From contig JBIIQG010000001.1 of NCBI GenBank assembly GCA_044342185.1, positions 70,020-134,019 of the forward strand: a DNA stretch of 64,000 bases, in the 5' to 3' direction. Positions 36,700-46,335 of the stretch are shown one piece after another. The position numbers and the translations under genes are program-made. Numbering within the stretch: position 1 is the stretch's first letter; the number at the start of each line of letters is the position of its first letter. Source of the stretch: Ilumatobacteraceae bacterium. GTDB taxonomy: Bacteria; Actinomycetota; Acidimicrobiia; Acidimicrobiales; Ilumatobacteraceae. Under the pieces are notes generated by a model. It searched no databases, had not been told where the DNA came from, and saw only the letters and a program-made list of their open reading frames with translations.

Positions 36700-37665
36700 T
36701 TACTCAATTCCAACGGCGCGCACACTGCCAACGGGCTGTCCATGACCCAACACCACTTCTTGAATGCTGTCGGGCACTCGACTGACATCAACACCAAGTT
36801 TGCGCAGTGCGGCGAGCAGCACTGTGGGCGTCGCTCGTCCTGAACCATCGGACAGTTTCAATGCCACTGCATGACCTTCACGTGTTGCCGCTACGTACAC
36901 AGACTCTGCGCCGTCTTTTGCAAACAAACCCGGAACATTTGAAACGATTGTGGTGACATGACGTCCGTCGCCGCCCACCATGTACGAATGCTGAGACATA
37001 GCGGTGAAAATCTGATGTCCAGATTCTCCGGCATCACCAACGGCAATTGCGCGCATGGCGGAAGCAAGACCCACAAGCTCCACCACATGTGCAGGAGCAC
37101 CGCAACCGTCAATACCAATAGCCGCTGGTTCTTTGCCCGTCAGTTCGGTGATGACCTTGGTGATGGCCTGCTGCAAGGGATGATCCGGCTGCAAGTACGA
37201 ATCCAACGGCCAATTGTTCAGTACACATGTGGCCAACATTCCGGAGTGCTTGCCACTGCAATTCATCTGTAGTGGCGACTTTCCACCGCCGCGATGAATC
37301 TCTGCGTGAGCCGACGCAACATGGAGCGGAAAGTCAGATGTATTCAACAAAGCATCTTCCGTCAGCCCCGCACTTGCCAAGATTGATCGAGCCGTGTCGA
37401 GGTGAACACTTTCTCCGTTGTGACTTGCACACACCAACGCCAACTGTTCTGGTGCCAGAGACAAACCTGCGCGCACCATTGCTAACGCTTGAAATGGTTT
37501 GGTAGACGAACGCGGGAAAATTGTTGTAGTGGGATCACCAATAGAAAAACTCACAGTGCCCTGTGAGTCGAGTGCGACAAGTGCCCCGAAATGAATGCTT
37601 TCGTCTACTCCATTGCGAGAAACAACTGCGAGCGGCGCAACCTGTGACGGATGAACTCCGCTCAA
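36700..37665 (-). CDS. asparaginase (L-asparaginase II family)
   Basis: 321 aa. SRNGVDESIHFGA...RSSTKPFQALA...NCSGKHSGMLA pattern of the Rhizobium-type asparaginase family. Confidence 0.75.
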   Translation of the reverse strand: MSGVHPSQVAPLAVVSRNGVDESIHFGALVALDSQGTVSFSIGDPTTTIFPRSSTKPFQALAMVRAGLSLAPEQLALVCASHNGESVHLDTARSILASAGLTEDALLNTSDFPLHVASAHAEIHRGGGKSPLQMNCSGKHSGMLATCVLNNWPLDSYLQPDHPLQQAITKVITELTGKEPAAIGIDGCGAPAHVVELVGLASAMRAIAVGDAGESGHQIFTAMSQHSYMVGGDGRHVTTIVSNVPGLFAKDGAESVYVAATREGHAVALKLSDGSGRATPTVLLAALRKLGVDVSRVPDSIQEVVLGHGQPVGSVRAVGIE

Positions 37666-38813
37666 CTTGGATCTTTCCAGCCGCCGGCGCTCTTACGCTT
37701 GCGTTGCTTCTTTTCTTGCAACGTTGTCAACGGATCATCAATTACTTCATGGCGTGTACCCCACGCAGAAATAAGTGCTTGCGCCATGGCGACTGCAGGC
37801 AATGCGAGGATTGCGCCAATTGGTCCAAGAACCGCACCACCAGCAAGTGCACCGCCAAAAGCAAGCGCGGGGTGAAGTTCTAGCGTTCGTGCTGTGATGC
37901 GTGGCGCCAACAAATAGTTTTCAAGTTGCTGGTACACCAGAATGAAACCAATAACCGCGAGTGCATCAATTGGTGACTCAATGAATGCCAGTAGTACCGG
38001 GAGTACTCCCGCAAGATATGTACCAATAACTGGCAAGAACTGCGAAACGAGTCCCACCCAAATGGCCATTGCGATAGGTGCTGGTGCTCCGATTGCTTGT
38101 AGCGCAATCCAGTGAAAGAACGCAGACACCACTGCAAGCAATGCGCGTGAATAGAGAAAGCCACCCGTCTTTGTAATGGCAAGTTCCCATGCATCGAGAA
38201 CTGCTCGTTGGCGCTCAGGGTTCAAACGTGAGCAAATAGAACGACGCAATCGCGGTCCGTCCGCAACTAAATAGAACGAGAACAACAAGACAGAGAAGCC
38301 TTGGAAGACGACACCTAACGCTTGCACTGACACTCGAAACACATTGTCTTGTTGTGCATCAATAAATTTCTGAACGGGACCATTCGGATCGGCAATTCGT
38401 TCATTTACTGCCGCCGGATCAATATTTGAATTGAACGTGTCGTTAATGATTTTGACGGTGTCGTTCACGTACTTCTCACTGTTGCTCAGCAAATCTGCAA
38501 TTTGTTGAGTCACGACTGTTCCCATGGCGCCTATAAACACAAGAACGGCGAGAACGACTGCAACGATGAGAAGTGCTGTAGCGCTTCCTCGTTTGAAGCC
38601 ACGCACCACCATCTTGTTGACCGCTGGTTCAAGTGCCAGCGCAATGAACAAACCAACAAGCAACAGGATGAGCAAATTGCTCAGACGGTGGAATGTGAAC
38701 CGACCAACAAACGTTGCCAAGTACCCCAACCAGAACAATGCGATAGCCCGTGGAACCCACCGTGGCATTCGACGTCCGTTGTCTAACGAGCCTGAATCTT
38801 GAGCATCTGTCAC
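37662..38813 (-). CDS. AI-2E family transporter (PerM-like)
   Basis: About 8 TM. Conserved C-terminal LENYLLAPRI...HP..AFGGALAGG segment. Start GTG 38813 or ATG 38768. The track ORF extends to 39062, over the divergent gene. Confidence 0.8.
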   Translation of the reverse strand: MTDAQDSGSLDNGRRMPRWVPRAIALFWLGYLATFVGRFTFHRLSNLLILLLVGLFIALALEPAVNKMVVRGFKRGSATALLIVAVVLAVLVFIGAMGTVVTQQIADLLSNSEKYVNDTVKIINDTFNSNIDPAAVNERIADPNGPVQKFIDAQQDNVFRVSVQALGVVFQGFSVLLFSFYLVADGPRLRRSICSRLNPERQRAVLDAWELAITKTGGFLYSRALLAVVSAFFHWIALQAIGAPAPIAMAIWVGLVSQFLPVIGTYLAGVLPVLLAFIESPIDALAVIGFILVYQQLENYLLAPRITARTLELHPALAFGGALAGGAVLGPIGAILALPAVAMAQALISAWGTRHEVIDDPLTTLQEKKQRKRKSAGGWKDPS

Positions 38814-38888
38814 GTTCTGAGCGTAGTGGTCACACGGAGTGACACATTCGCACGTGGAGACAACGAAAACGTCTGGCACGATACGGGT

Positions 38889-39779
38889 ATGGCAACTCTC
38901 CCCGCCCCTCTCACAGAACGAGTAGAGGCAGTTCGTCACGCCATTGCCGAGGCGCTTCGTGAACGCGTCATCGGAGATGGAGCCGAGGAGAAACAGGCAG
39001 CGGTCATGCTGGCTCCTGGACCCCGCTGGTTTGCCCCCGACCGTCCCATCCATCGAGTACACGGTGACTCATCAATGTTTATTGGTGGCATGCGTGCGTT
39101 GCTGCTGCAGTCGCTTCACCCGCGCGCCATGGCCGGGGTAGCTCAGCACTCGGACTACAAGAACGACCCGTGGGGTCGCCTTCAACGCACCGCCGACTTT
39201 CTGGCCGCAACATCATTTGGTCCCGCCGATGTTGCCCAGATGGCAGTGGATCGTGTGTGGGCAGTCCATCAGCGTGTCTCTGGAACCACCACAGATGGTC
39301 AGCCATATTCTGCAAATGACCCACATCTTCTGCGTTGGGTTCATGTGGCCGAAGTCGACAGTTTCTTACGCGCACATCAGGAGTACGGCGAACATCCACT
39401 CACAGAGGATGAATGCGATGAGTACGTCGCGGACATGGCCGTGATTGCGTCGAAGCTTGGAGTGCCTGCCCCACCAACGTCGGTTCGCGGACTTCGTGAT
39501 CAGCTCGCCATGTTCCGATACGAAATCAAGGGGACGCCCGAGTCCAACGATGTGGTGAAGTACTTGTTGTTGCAACCACCACTGCCACCAGTCGCACGTG
39601 TTCCGTACTCGCTCATTGGTGCTGCTGCAGTTGCCTTGCTGCCCGCATGGGCTCGCGCAGAACTTCGACTTCCGTACTTGCCGCTCACCGAAAGGGCCTT
39701 CGTACGCCCTATTGGTTCGGCAATTGCTTCAACTATTCGCTGGGCTATTTCGCCTTCGCAAGTTTCGCCAACGGCCTAG
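38889..39779 (+). CDS. oxygenase MpaB family (DUF2236) protein
   Basis: From ATG 38889. FIGGMRALLLQSLHPRAMAGV...DPWGRLQRT pattern of DUF2236. Confidence 0.7.
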   Translation: MATLPAPLTERVEAVRHAIAEALRERVIGDGAEEKQAAVMLAPGPRWFAPDRPIHRVHGDSSMFIGGMRALLLQSLHPRAMAGVAQHSDYKNDPWGRLQRTADFLAATSFGPADVAQMAVDRVWAVHQRVSGTTTDGQPYSANDPHLLRWVHVAEVDSFLRAHQEYGEHPLTEDECDEYVADMAVIASKLGVPAPPTSVRGLRDQLAMFRYEIKGTPESNDVVKYLLLQPPLPPVARVPYSLIGAAAVALLPAWARAELRLPYLPLTERAFVRPIGSAIASTIRWAISPSQVSPTA

Positions 39780-40962
39780 ACAAGTCTCCGTTAGATCCCA
39801 CACGCACACTGTGTAGTCCTAGCCACGTCGCCATCAGTCGTAGTTCGGCCATCAATTCCGACGTCACGTGTGCAATATCGACATCGGGCTCGCTGTACGC
39901 ACCGGGCACCAACAGAACACCTTCTTTACGATCTGCTTTCACATCAACGCGCGCTACAAGGGAATCACCCAACAGAAATGGCAATACGTAGTACCCGTAG
40001 ATTCGCTTTGGCGCGGGCGTGTAAATCTCAATTCGATAATGAAAATTGAACAAACGCTCAATGCGTGGTCGACACCACACCACCGAATCAAACGGCGACA
40101 ACAGTGCCCGAGCATCTACCGAACGTGGTCGTGCAGCACTTGGCAACATGAACGCTGCGTCACGCCATCCTTCAACGCGCACCTGTTCCAAATCACCCGC
40201 TTCCACAAGGTCTTTCACGATTCCACGAATTCGAGTCGGGGTTTGGCGGTGATAATCCGCAAGATCACTCAGGGTTCCAATGCCCACACTCTTTGCGGCA
40301 CGTAAGACAAGTTCCTTACGCGCTTCGTCTTCAGATGGCGTCTTTGCTTTCAAAATGTGTTCAGGAAAAACATCCTTGAGCGAGTAATACATACGCGCAA
40401 AATCACTTGGGCGTCGACGTGCGGTGATCTCTCCAGTCCAGAACAGATACTCCAACATCGCCTTTCCTGTATCCCAGTCCCACCACGAACCCTTTGGGCC
40501 AGTGCGCGTCTTCACATCTCCGGCAACAAGCGGACCGTCATTCTGAACTCGATGACGAATCTCATTCAGCAACTTCGGGTTGTTCTTCGCTGCTCGAACT
40601 AAGCCGCCCCACATTTCGCCGCGCTTTGCTTGTTCCATGCGCCATCGCATCAACGGCTGCATTTCAATGGGTAAGTGTGATGCTTCGTGGCACCAGTACT
40701 CAAAGAGTTCGCCGTCATGTGTGGCATCAGAGATCAACGTTCGTGGATGATTTCCGAGTCGAGAAAACAACGGAAGTTCTTGACTGCGGACAACCACATT
40801 CACTGAGTCAATTTGAATAAGCCCAACGTGATCGAGCACTTTTCGCAGATGACGTCGATCTACTCGTCCTGAGGGTCTAGGCGTTGAAAAGCCCTGTGCG
40901 GCTAGCGCTATTCGCTTCGCCGACGCTAAGGAAACTTCAGTCTGCGACTGTGATGGTGACAC
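39745..40962 (-). CDS. winged-helix DNA glycosylase AlkZ/YcaQ-like family protein
   Basis: 405 aa. N-terminal AKRIALAAQGF and internal QIDSVNVVVRSQELPLFSRL, typical of the YcaQ/HTH_42 family. Confidence 0.7.
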   Translation of the reverse strand: MSPSQSQTEVSLASAKRIALAAQGFSTPRPSGRVDRRHLRKVLDHVGLIQIDSVNVVVRSQELPLFSRLGNHPRTLISDATHDGELFEYWCHEASHLPIEMQPLMRWRMEQAKRGEMWGGLVRAAKNNPKLLNEIRHRVQNDGPLVAGDVKTRTGPKGSWWDWDTGKAMLEYLFWTGEITARRRPSDFARMYYSLKDVFPEHILKAKTPSEDEARKELVLRAAKSVGIGTLSDLADYHRQTPTRIRGIVKDLVEAGDLEQVRVEGWRDAAFMLPSAARPRSVDARALLSPFDSVVWCRPRIERLFNFHYRIEIYTPAPKRIYGYYVLPFLLGDSLVARVDVKADRKEGVLLVPGAYSEPDVDIAHVTSELMAELRLMATWLGLHSVRVGSNGDLSRPLAKLAKAK

Positions 40963-41494
40963 TGTTAATCACCACGTCGTCAATAGGTCGGTCGCCACGT
41001 GCAGTGGGAACCTTCTGCATTGCGTCAACAATGTCGAGACCCTTTACCACTTGACCGAACAATGCGTATGCAGGTGGAAGCTGCACACCACTTGCTCCAG
41101 AGATGAGGAAGAACTGTGAACCGTTGGTGTTTGGTCCGGCGTTTGCCATTGCAAGTGAACCGATTTGGTATTGACCTGGCTTTGGAAGTTCGTCTTCGAA
41201 GCGATAGCCGGGTCCGCCCATTCCAGTACCTGTTGGGTCTCCGCCCTGACACACGAAGCCGTTGATGATGCGGTGGAAAATGATGCCGTCGTAGTAGTGG
41301 TACGCAGCGAGATACACAAAGTTATTCACGGTCTTTGGTGCGCGTGCCGCATCAAGTGCAATGACCAAAGTTCCCATAGACGTTTCCATAGTGGCGGTGT
41401 AACGCTTCGAAGGGTCGATACCCATGTCTGGGGCCGAAGGAAACTTCTGCGTCTTTGGGGCGGATCCGTCAAGTGGAGGAAAGGGCAAACTCAT
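40937..41494 (-). CDS. peptidyl-prolyl cis-trans isomerase (cyclophilin type)
   Basis: FHRIINGFVCQGGDPTGTGMGGPGY and NTNGSQFFL motifs. Start chosen at MSLPFPP (41494). Confidence 0.9.
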   Translation of the reverse strand: MSLPFPPLDGSAPKTQKFPSAPDMGIDPSKRYTATMETSMGTLVIALDAARAPKTVNNFVYLAAYHYYDGIIFHRIINGFVCQGGDPTGTGMGGPGYRFEDELPKPGQYQIGSLAMANAGPNTNGSQFFLISGASGVQLPPAYALFGQVVKGLDIVDAMQKVPTARGDRPIDDVVINSVTITVAD

Positions 41495-41560
41495 GCAGGC
41501 GAGGCTACAAGTACACGCGCCCGCCACCTCGTTCGTAGCCACAGAGCATGTGCGCCTACG

Positions 41561-41740
41561 ATGACAGGCGTGAATCCTGAAGAGCCCCTCAACCTTGACC
41601 AGATGGAACGCGATCTCGCAGATGTAGAGCTTGCGCTTGGTCGTTTAGAGAACGGCACCTACTGGACCGATGAATTGACCGGTGCGCCAATTGACACGGC
41701 GCATCTTGCGGCCAACCCAACGGCTCGCCGCAACCAATAG
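41561..41740 (+). CDS. Cys-less TraR/DksA-like small protein
   Basis: 59 aa. ALGRLENGTYWTDELTGAPIDTAHLAANPTARR aligns by eye to the DksA zinc-finger segment (ALxRIxxGTYGxCExCGxxI...RL.A.P), but all four Cys are replaced. Confidence 0.5.
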   Translation: MTGVNPEEPLNLDQMERDLADVELALGRLENGTYWTDELTGAPIDTAHLAANPTARRNQ

Positions 41741-41746
41741 CAGTCT

Positions 41747-42553
41747 TTACTGTTCGCGGAGTTTTGCAAGCAAGCGCAAAATTTCCAGGTACAGCCACAC
41801 CAATGTGACGGTGACGCCAAGTGCGCAGTACCACTCCATGTGAGCTGGCAATTTGTTAGCAACGCCGCGCTCAATCGTGTCGAAGTCGATTGCCAAGTTG
41901 AAGGCGGCAAGTCCGGCAACAAACACGCTGAAGCCAATTCCCAATGGGCTTGCATCGTTAATGAATGATGGCATGTTGCCAAAGATTCCGAAGATGAATG
42001 ACACCAAATAGAACGCCATCAGGCCAAGCATTGCACCCATGATGATGCGGCGGAACTTGTCGTTCACTTTGATGACGCGGCTGCGATACAGCAACAACAT
42101 CACAACAAAAACACCAAGCGTTGCACCAACTGCTTGCATGACGATGCCGCTGTAGGCCTCTGAATATGCGCGACTAATTGCACCAACAACAACACCTTCA
42201 GCAAGTGCATACACAGGTGCAGCAAACTTTGCGAGGTGTGGTTTGAACGTTCCAACAAGAACTGCAACGAGCGCAACGATGAATCCGCCAATGACCCATC
42301 CGGTGGGAAATTGAATGACGCCACCAGGAAGTGGTTCGTCAATTGACATCCACGTGACCGTGGCGGATGCAATAAGCAGTACCAACAACATGAGAGTTGC
42401 TGATGCTGTTCCTCGCACCGTCATGATTCCGCTGTCCCAACGACTGATGGGGCCATCGGTCATGGGTTCGGTGGTGGGTGGAGCCCAGGTGTTGTTGGGT
42501 TGGTCAAGGTTGCCAAGGCCCATGGCCTTGTCGTTCAGCAGAGGGTTAGCCAT
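41747..42553 (-). CDS. Bax inhibitor-1/YccA family membrane protein
   Basis: 268 aa, 7 TM, typical actinobacterial N-terminal MANPLLND extension. Confidence 0.75.
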   Translation of the reverse strand: MANPLLNDKAMGLGNLDQPNNTWAPPTTEPMTDGPISRWDSGIMTVRGTASATLMLLVLLIASATVTWMSIDEPLPGGVIQFPTGWVIGGFIVALVAVLVGTFKPHLAKFAAPVYALAEGVVVGAISRAYSEAYSGIVMQAVGATLGVFVVMLLLYRSRVIKVNDKFRRIIMGAMLGLMAFYLVSFIFGIFGNMPSFINDASPLGIGFSVFVAGLAAFNLAIDFDTIERGVANKLPAHMEWYCALGVTVTLVWLYLEILRLLAKLREQ

Positions 42554-42701
42554 GCCGAAAACCTAACTGTTTTGGGGCTTTTTGTGGTGTCACCCCTGTG
42601 TATAACCAATTGTTTTGGCTGGGCTGTGGCTGCTGGGAATGCACTCGGTATCCTGCCCCTATTCACCCTTTTGGGGTTGCGAATACAAGGTGAGGTTAAG
42701 A

Positions 42702-43637
42702 GTGGCAAAGGACAGGATTGACCGCGACGAAGAAGACCTCGTCAGGCTCTATCTCACAGACATCGGTCAGTACACACTTCTCACTAAAGATGACGAAGTC
42801 CGCCTGGCAAAGGCAATTGAAGCGGGCAAGATCGCTTCTGCCGAGATGGAACAGGCCAAAACCCTCACTGCCACCAAGCGCCGAGAACTGCGCAAAGCCA
42901 TTCGTGAAGGCGAAATTGCCGAGCGAGCTTTCGTTCAGTCCAACTTGCGCCTTGTGGTCTCTATTGCAAAGAAGTACCAAGCATCAGGTCTTCCACTGCT
43001 CGACCTCATTCAAGAGGGCAACCTTGGCCTTATGCACGCCGTCGAAAAGTTCGACTGGCGCAAGGGCTTTAAGTTCTCCACCTACGCAACATGGTGGATC
43101 CGCCAGGCAATTACCCGCGGTATTGCAAACACTGGTCGCACCATTCGACTTCCAGTCCATGCCGGCGACACACTTGCTCGTCTGCAAAAGGCTCGCTCGC
43201 GCCTCGAGCTGAAGTTTGGTCGCCCTGCCACTCTTGCCGAATTGGCAAAAGAAGTAGAGATGCCAGAAGACAAGGTCACCGAAGCATTGCGCTTTGCCGC
43301 TGAGCCATTGTCGTTGTCCGAACCACTTCGTGAAGATGGCGATGCAGAACTTGGTGACGTGGTGGAAGATCGCTCCGCCGAATCTCCGTTCGAAGTTGCT
43401 GCAACATCGTTGCTTCCCGAAGAAATTCAGCGTCTGTTGGCTCCGCTCGACGAACGTGAACGCGAAATTCTCAAACTGCGTTTCGGTTTGAACGGCGGCG
43501 AAGGTCGCACATTGGAAGAAGTGGGAGAACACTTCAACCTCACACGTGAGCGCATTCGTCAAATTGAAGCTCGCGCAATGAGCAAGTTGCGTCACCCGTC
43601 GTCAGACACCGGTGCGCGCGACCTTCTTTCGGTCTAA
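42702..43637 (+). CDS. RNA polymerase sigma factor, group 1/2 (sigma-70 regions 1.2-4)
   Basis: DLIQEGNLGLMHAVEKFD, STYATWWIRQAITR, region 4 EVGEHFNLTRERIRQIEARAMSKLRHP. GTG 42702 preceded by AAGGTGAGG. Confidence 0.9.
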   Translation: MAKDRIDRDEEDLVRLYLTDIGQYTLLTKDDEVRLAKAIEAGKIASAEMEQAKTLTATKRRELRKAIREGEIAERAFVQSNLRLVVSIAKKYQASGLPLLDLIQEGNLGLMHAVEKFDWRKGFKFSTYATWWIRQAITRGIANTGRTIRLPVHAGDTLARLQKARSRLELKFGRPATLAELAKEVEMPEDKVTEALRFAAEPLSLSEPLREDGDAELGDVVEDRSAESPFEVAATSLLPEEIQRLLAPLDEREREILKLRFGLNGGEGRTLEEVGEHFNLTRERIRQIEARAMSKLRHPSSDTGARDLLSV

Positions 43638-43640
43638 CGC

Positions 43641-44615
43641 TTACGCAGTTTTCTGTAGCGGCGGGCGCACTATGCGCGTCACGCCGTCTATGGCACACAC
43701 CAACCCAATTCCCATCAAGCTGGGCAAGGTTACGCGCGCCATCCATGGCCACTCAATACCTGGCACGTATGCAGCACGTATCTGATCAACGCACAGCCAC
43801 GCAACAATCACCAAAGCGACTCCGGCACCAGCGTTCAAACTGACGGCAATGTGGTGTCCGCCATCTCGACGCGATGCAGCAACTGCCATCAATGAGATGA
43901 CCAAGGCACCGGCGCTGAACATGAGCAGTACGGGAGTTATGCGTGCATCGTCTGGCAAACCAGTGAATTCCAAATAGCCAACAATGACTCCCTTGACGGA
44001 CGCAACTACGGCCAGCCACAAGAACAGACGCCGACGAGTGAGCGCTAAAACAACGGCAAGCAAAATTGCGGGAATTCCAAACAGCCACCACGCGATGCTT
44101 GCTTTGTCTCGTATGTACAAAGTGCCAGAGACCATAGTGCGCGTGCCAGCAATGATCATTGGAATGTCCCAATCGAGAACTTTTCCGTTTTCATCAATAG
44201 AAGCGGGCGGTTTTGGACTCATCCAATGAGAACGATGGTCGTGCCACATCGCTACACCATTGGTACTAGTAACGCGCCACTTCGGGATGCCAGAAGTATC
44301 CACGTTGGAGACATCTACATTTCCGTATCTGTCTCCGTTCAGCACCGAGGTCATGGATGCATCGTTGACTTCCACCACGCCCTCTGCCGAGATACGCAAA
44401 TACTGTTCGTCGTCGTACCCGTGTACTTCCACACGTACGCCGTCGGATTCAATTCGCATGAACGTGTCGCCGCCAACAATGGTGACGCGCACACCGTCGG
44501 GAAGAGCGGGACTGATGGTATTGATGACAGATTCTGTATCGCGGGGTTGCACACTGTCGCCCGAGCCCAGGTGGGCTGGTGCCAGCGACAGCACCGACAG
44601 GAAACCAAGAATCAT
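43641..44615 (-). CDS. membrane protein with extracytoplasmic His-rich domain
   Basis: Signal peptide from MILGFLSVLSLAPA, an extracytoplasmic domain of about 170 aa containing WHDHRSHWM, then about 6 TM. The track ORF 5' extension (to 44897) overlaps the divergent dehydrogenase. Confidence 0.55.
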   Translation of the reverse strand: MILGFLSVLSLAPAHLGSGDSVQPRDTESVINTISPALPDGVRVTIVGGDTFMRIESDGVRVEVHGYDDEQYLRISAEGVVEVNDASMTSVLNGDRYGNVDVSNVDTSGIPKWRVTSTNGVAMWHDHRSHWMSPKPPASIDENGKVLDWDIPMIIAGTRTMVSGTLYIRDKASIAWWLFGIPAILLAVVLALTRRRLFLWLAVVASVKGVIVGYLEFTGLPDDARITPVLLMFSAGALVISLMAVAASRRDGGHHIAVSLNAGAGVALVIVAWLCVDQIRAAYVPGIEWPWMARVTLPSLMGIGLVCAIDGVTRIVRPPLQKTA

Positions 44616-44663
44616 GCGCACGACACTGACGGTACTGCCCCCGGGTCCCTCGTTACATAGTCT

Positions 44664-45638
44664 GTGGCAATGACCACAGGCGACAGTCATCCCGTTCTTC
44701 TCATTAGCGACAACGTGTGGAGCCGCGAAGGCGATGCGTTGCGGGAGATTGCTCCGAATGTGCAGCCCGTCGTTTACGTTGGCGATGAGCCCATTGCGGA
44801 CGATGTTGTCTCCACTATTGATATCGCTTTCTACTCCAGCGACTTGTGGCCTGAGCGCTCTCGTGGAATTGCACTGTCCATCATTCGAGCAACACAACTA
44901 AAGTGGCTACATACATTCTCTGCCGGAGTAGACAATCCCTTCTTCCAGCAGTTGCTGGAACGCGGAGTTCGACTGTCTAATTCCACCGGCGCAACCGCTT
45001 CACCTATTGCACAAACTGCAATCTTGTACATGTTGGCACTCAGTAGAAATGTGCGCGCATGGATGAAGCACCAAGAGGCTCGCGAATGGGAACGCCATGA
45101 GTTCAATGAATTGGACGGCGCTCGCCTTGCGGTCATTGGTATGGGTCCCATTGGTATGGAGATTGCTCGTTTAGGTGTCGCTCTCAATATGGATGTCGAA
45201 GCCATTCGCCGCACGCCCGCAGGAAATGAGCCGTGCCCTACATACGGATTTGATCAATTAGATGCTGTTTTGTCTCGTGCCGATTGGATTGCAGTTGCAT
45301 TGCCGCTTACAGACGACACAGTGAATTTGTTCGATGCCGCACGCTTGTCGCGGACAAAGCCCGGAGCGCACTTCATCAACGTGGGACGTGGCGAGTTAGT
45401 AGAAGAACCAGCACTTATTTCAGCACTGCAGTCAGGTCACATTGCTGGTGCCGGTCTTGACGTATTCGCTGTGGAACCACTCCCGCAAGATTCACCGCTG
45501 TGGTCAATGCCTAATGTCATTGTGACACCGCATAGTTCTGGCGCCTCTCCAAAATCTGCGATACGCGCAGAGAAAATATTTGTTGAAAACTTTCGAAGCT
45601 TCATCGCGGGTGCTCCACTTCGTAACGAAGTGAAATAG
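44664..45638 (+). CDS. D-isomer-specific 2-hydroxyacid dehydrogenase family protein
   Basis: GMGPIGMEIA NAD fold and the catalytic R...E...H arrangement (VTPHSSG). Confidence 0.85.
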   Translation: MAMTTGDSHPVLLISDNVWSREGDALREIAPNVQPVVYVGDEPIADDVVSTIDIAFYSSDLWPERSRGIALSIIRATQLKWLHTFSAGVDNPFFQQLLERGVRLSNSTGATASPIAQTAILYMLALSRNVRAWMKHQEAREWERHEFNELDGARLAVIGMGPIGMEIARLGVALNMDVEAIRRTPAGNEPCPTYGFDQLDAVLSRADWIAVALPLTDDTVNLFDAARLSRTKPGAHFINVGRGELVEEPALISALQSGHIAGAGLDVFAVEPLPQDSPLWSMPNVIVTPHSSGASPKSAIRAEKIFVENFRSFIAGAPLRNEVK

Positions 45639-45693
45639 AACTTCCGCCGCTGAACTCGGTGGCACACATGACCTCCAACCTGATTGGAGAATC

Positions 45694-46335
45694 ATGTCCC
45701 TTATCTTCACTTCACCAAAAGGTGGGAACGGCACAACGGTGACAGCGGCAGCGTACGCACTGCTGTCTTCCTTGCGCGGACAACGCACGGTGCTTATTGA
45801 TTTGTGTGGCGACCAGCCCGCCACCGTTGGAATGGCAGAACCACAGGGGCCCGGAGTCAATGATTGGTTGTCGGAAAATCACCACGGCGACTCTGCTGCA
45901 CTTCTCGCTATGGGAAATGAAGCTGTGCCCAACTTGCTTGTTGTGCATTGCGGATCTCAGTTCATTCACGGTGAACCGCGCTGGGCGGCACTGGCCGACG
46001 CCATTTCCACTCTGCCCTACACCGTTGTTGTCGATGCCGGAGTAGGTCGATTACCCACCGTGTTGCACGACGCAGCTACAAAGGTCATCACGGTTTCGCG
46101 TCCGTGCTATCTCACACTTCGTCGAGCAACTCATCTTCCACGCCCAGTACATGCGTATGTTCTTGAAGAACCAGGGCGGGCTCTCACCACCAACGATGTT
46201 GTGCACGTTCTTGGCGCCACGCTAGAAGCTCGTATTCCCTACGAGCCTGCTATCGCTCGTGCTGTCGATGCCGGCCTGTTTCCGTCTCGTGTTGAACAAC
46301 TGTTGGGTCGCCACATTAAGACCGACGACAACTGA
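45694..46335 (+). CDS. Ssd/TadZ-like ParA-family protein with deviant Walker A
   Basis: SPKGGNGTTVTAAA stands in place of KGGxGK[ST]. Lies directly upstream of the TadA-like ATPase, as in actinobacterial ssd loci. Confidence 0.6.
   Translation: MSLIFTSPKGGNGTTVTAAAYALLSSLRGQRTVLIDLCGDQPATVGMAEPQGPGVNDWLSENHHGDSAALLAMGNEAVPNLLVVHCGSQFIHGEPRWAALADAISTLPYTVVVDAGVGRLPTVLHDAATKVITVSRPCYLTLRRATHLPRPVHAYVLEEPGRALTTNDVVHVLGATLEARIPYEPAIARAVDAGLFPSRVEQLLGRHIKTDDN

Noticed and set aside
44616-44897. 5' extension of the minus-strand membrane-protein ORF (Cys/Asn-rich)
   Set aside because: It overlaps the divergent dehydrogenase coding region. A signal peptide begins at the internal Met (44615).
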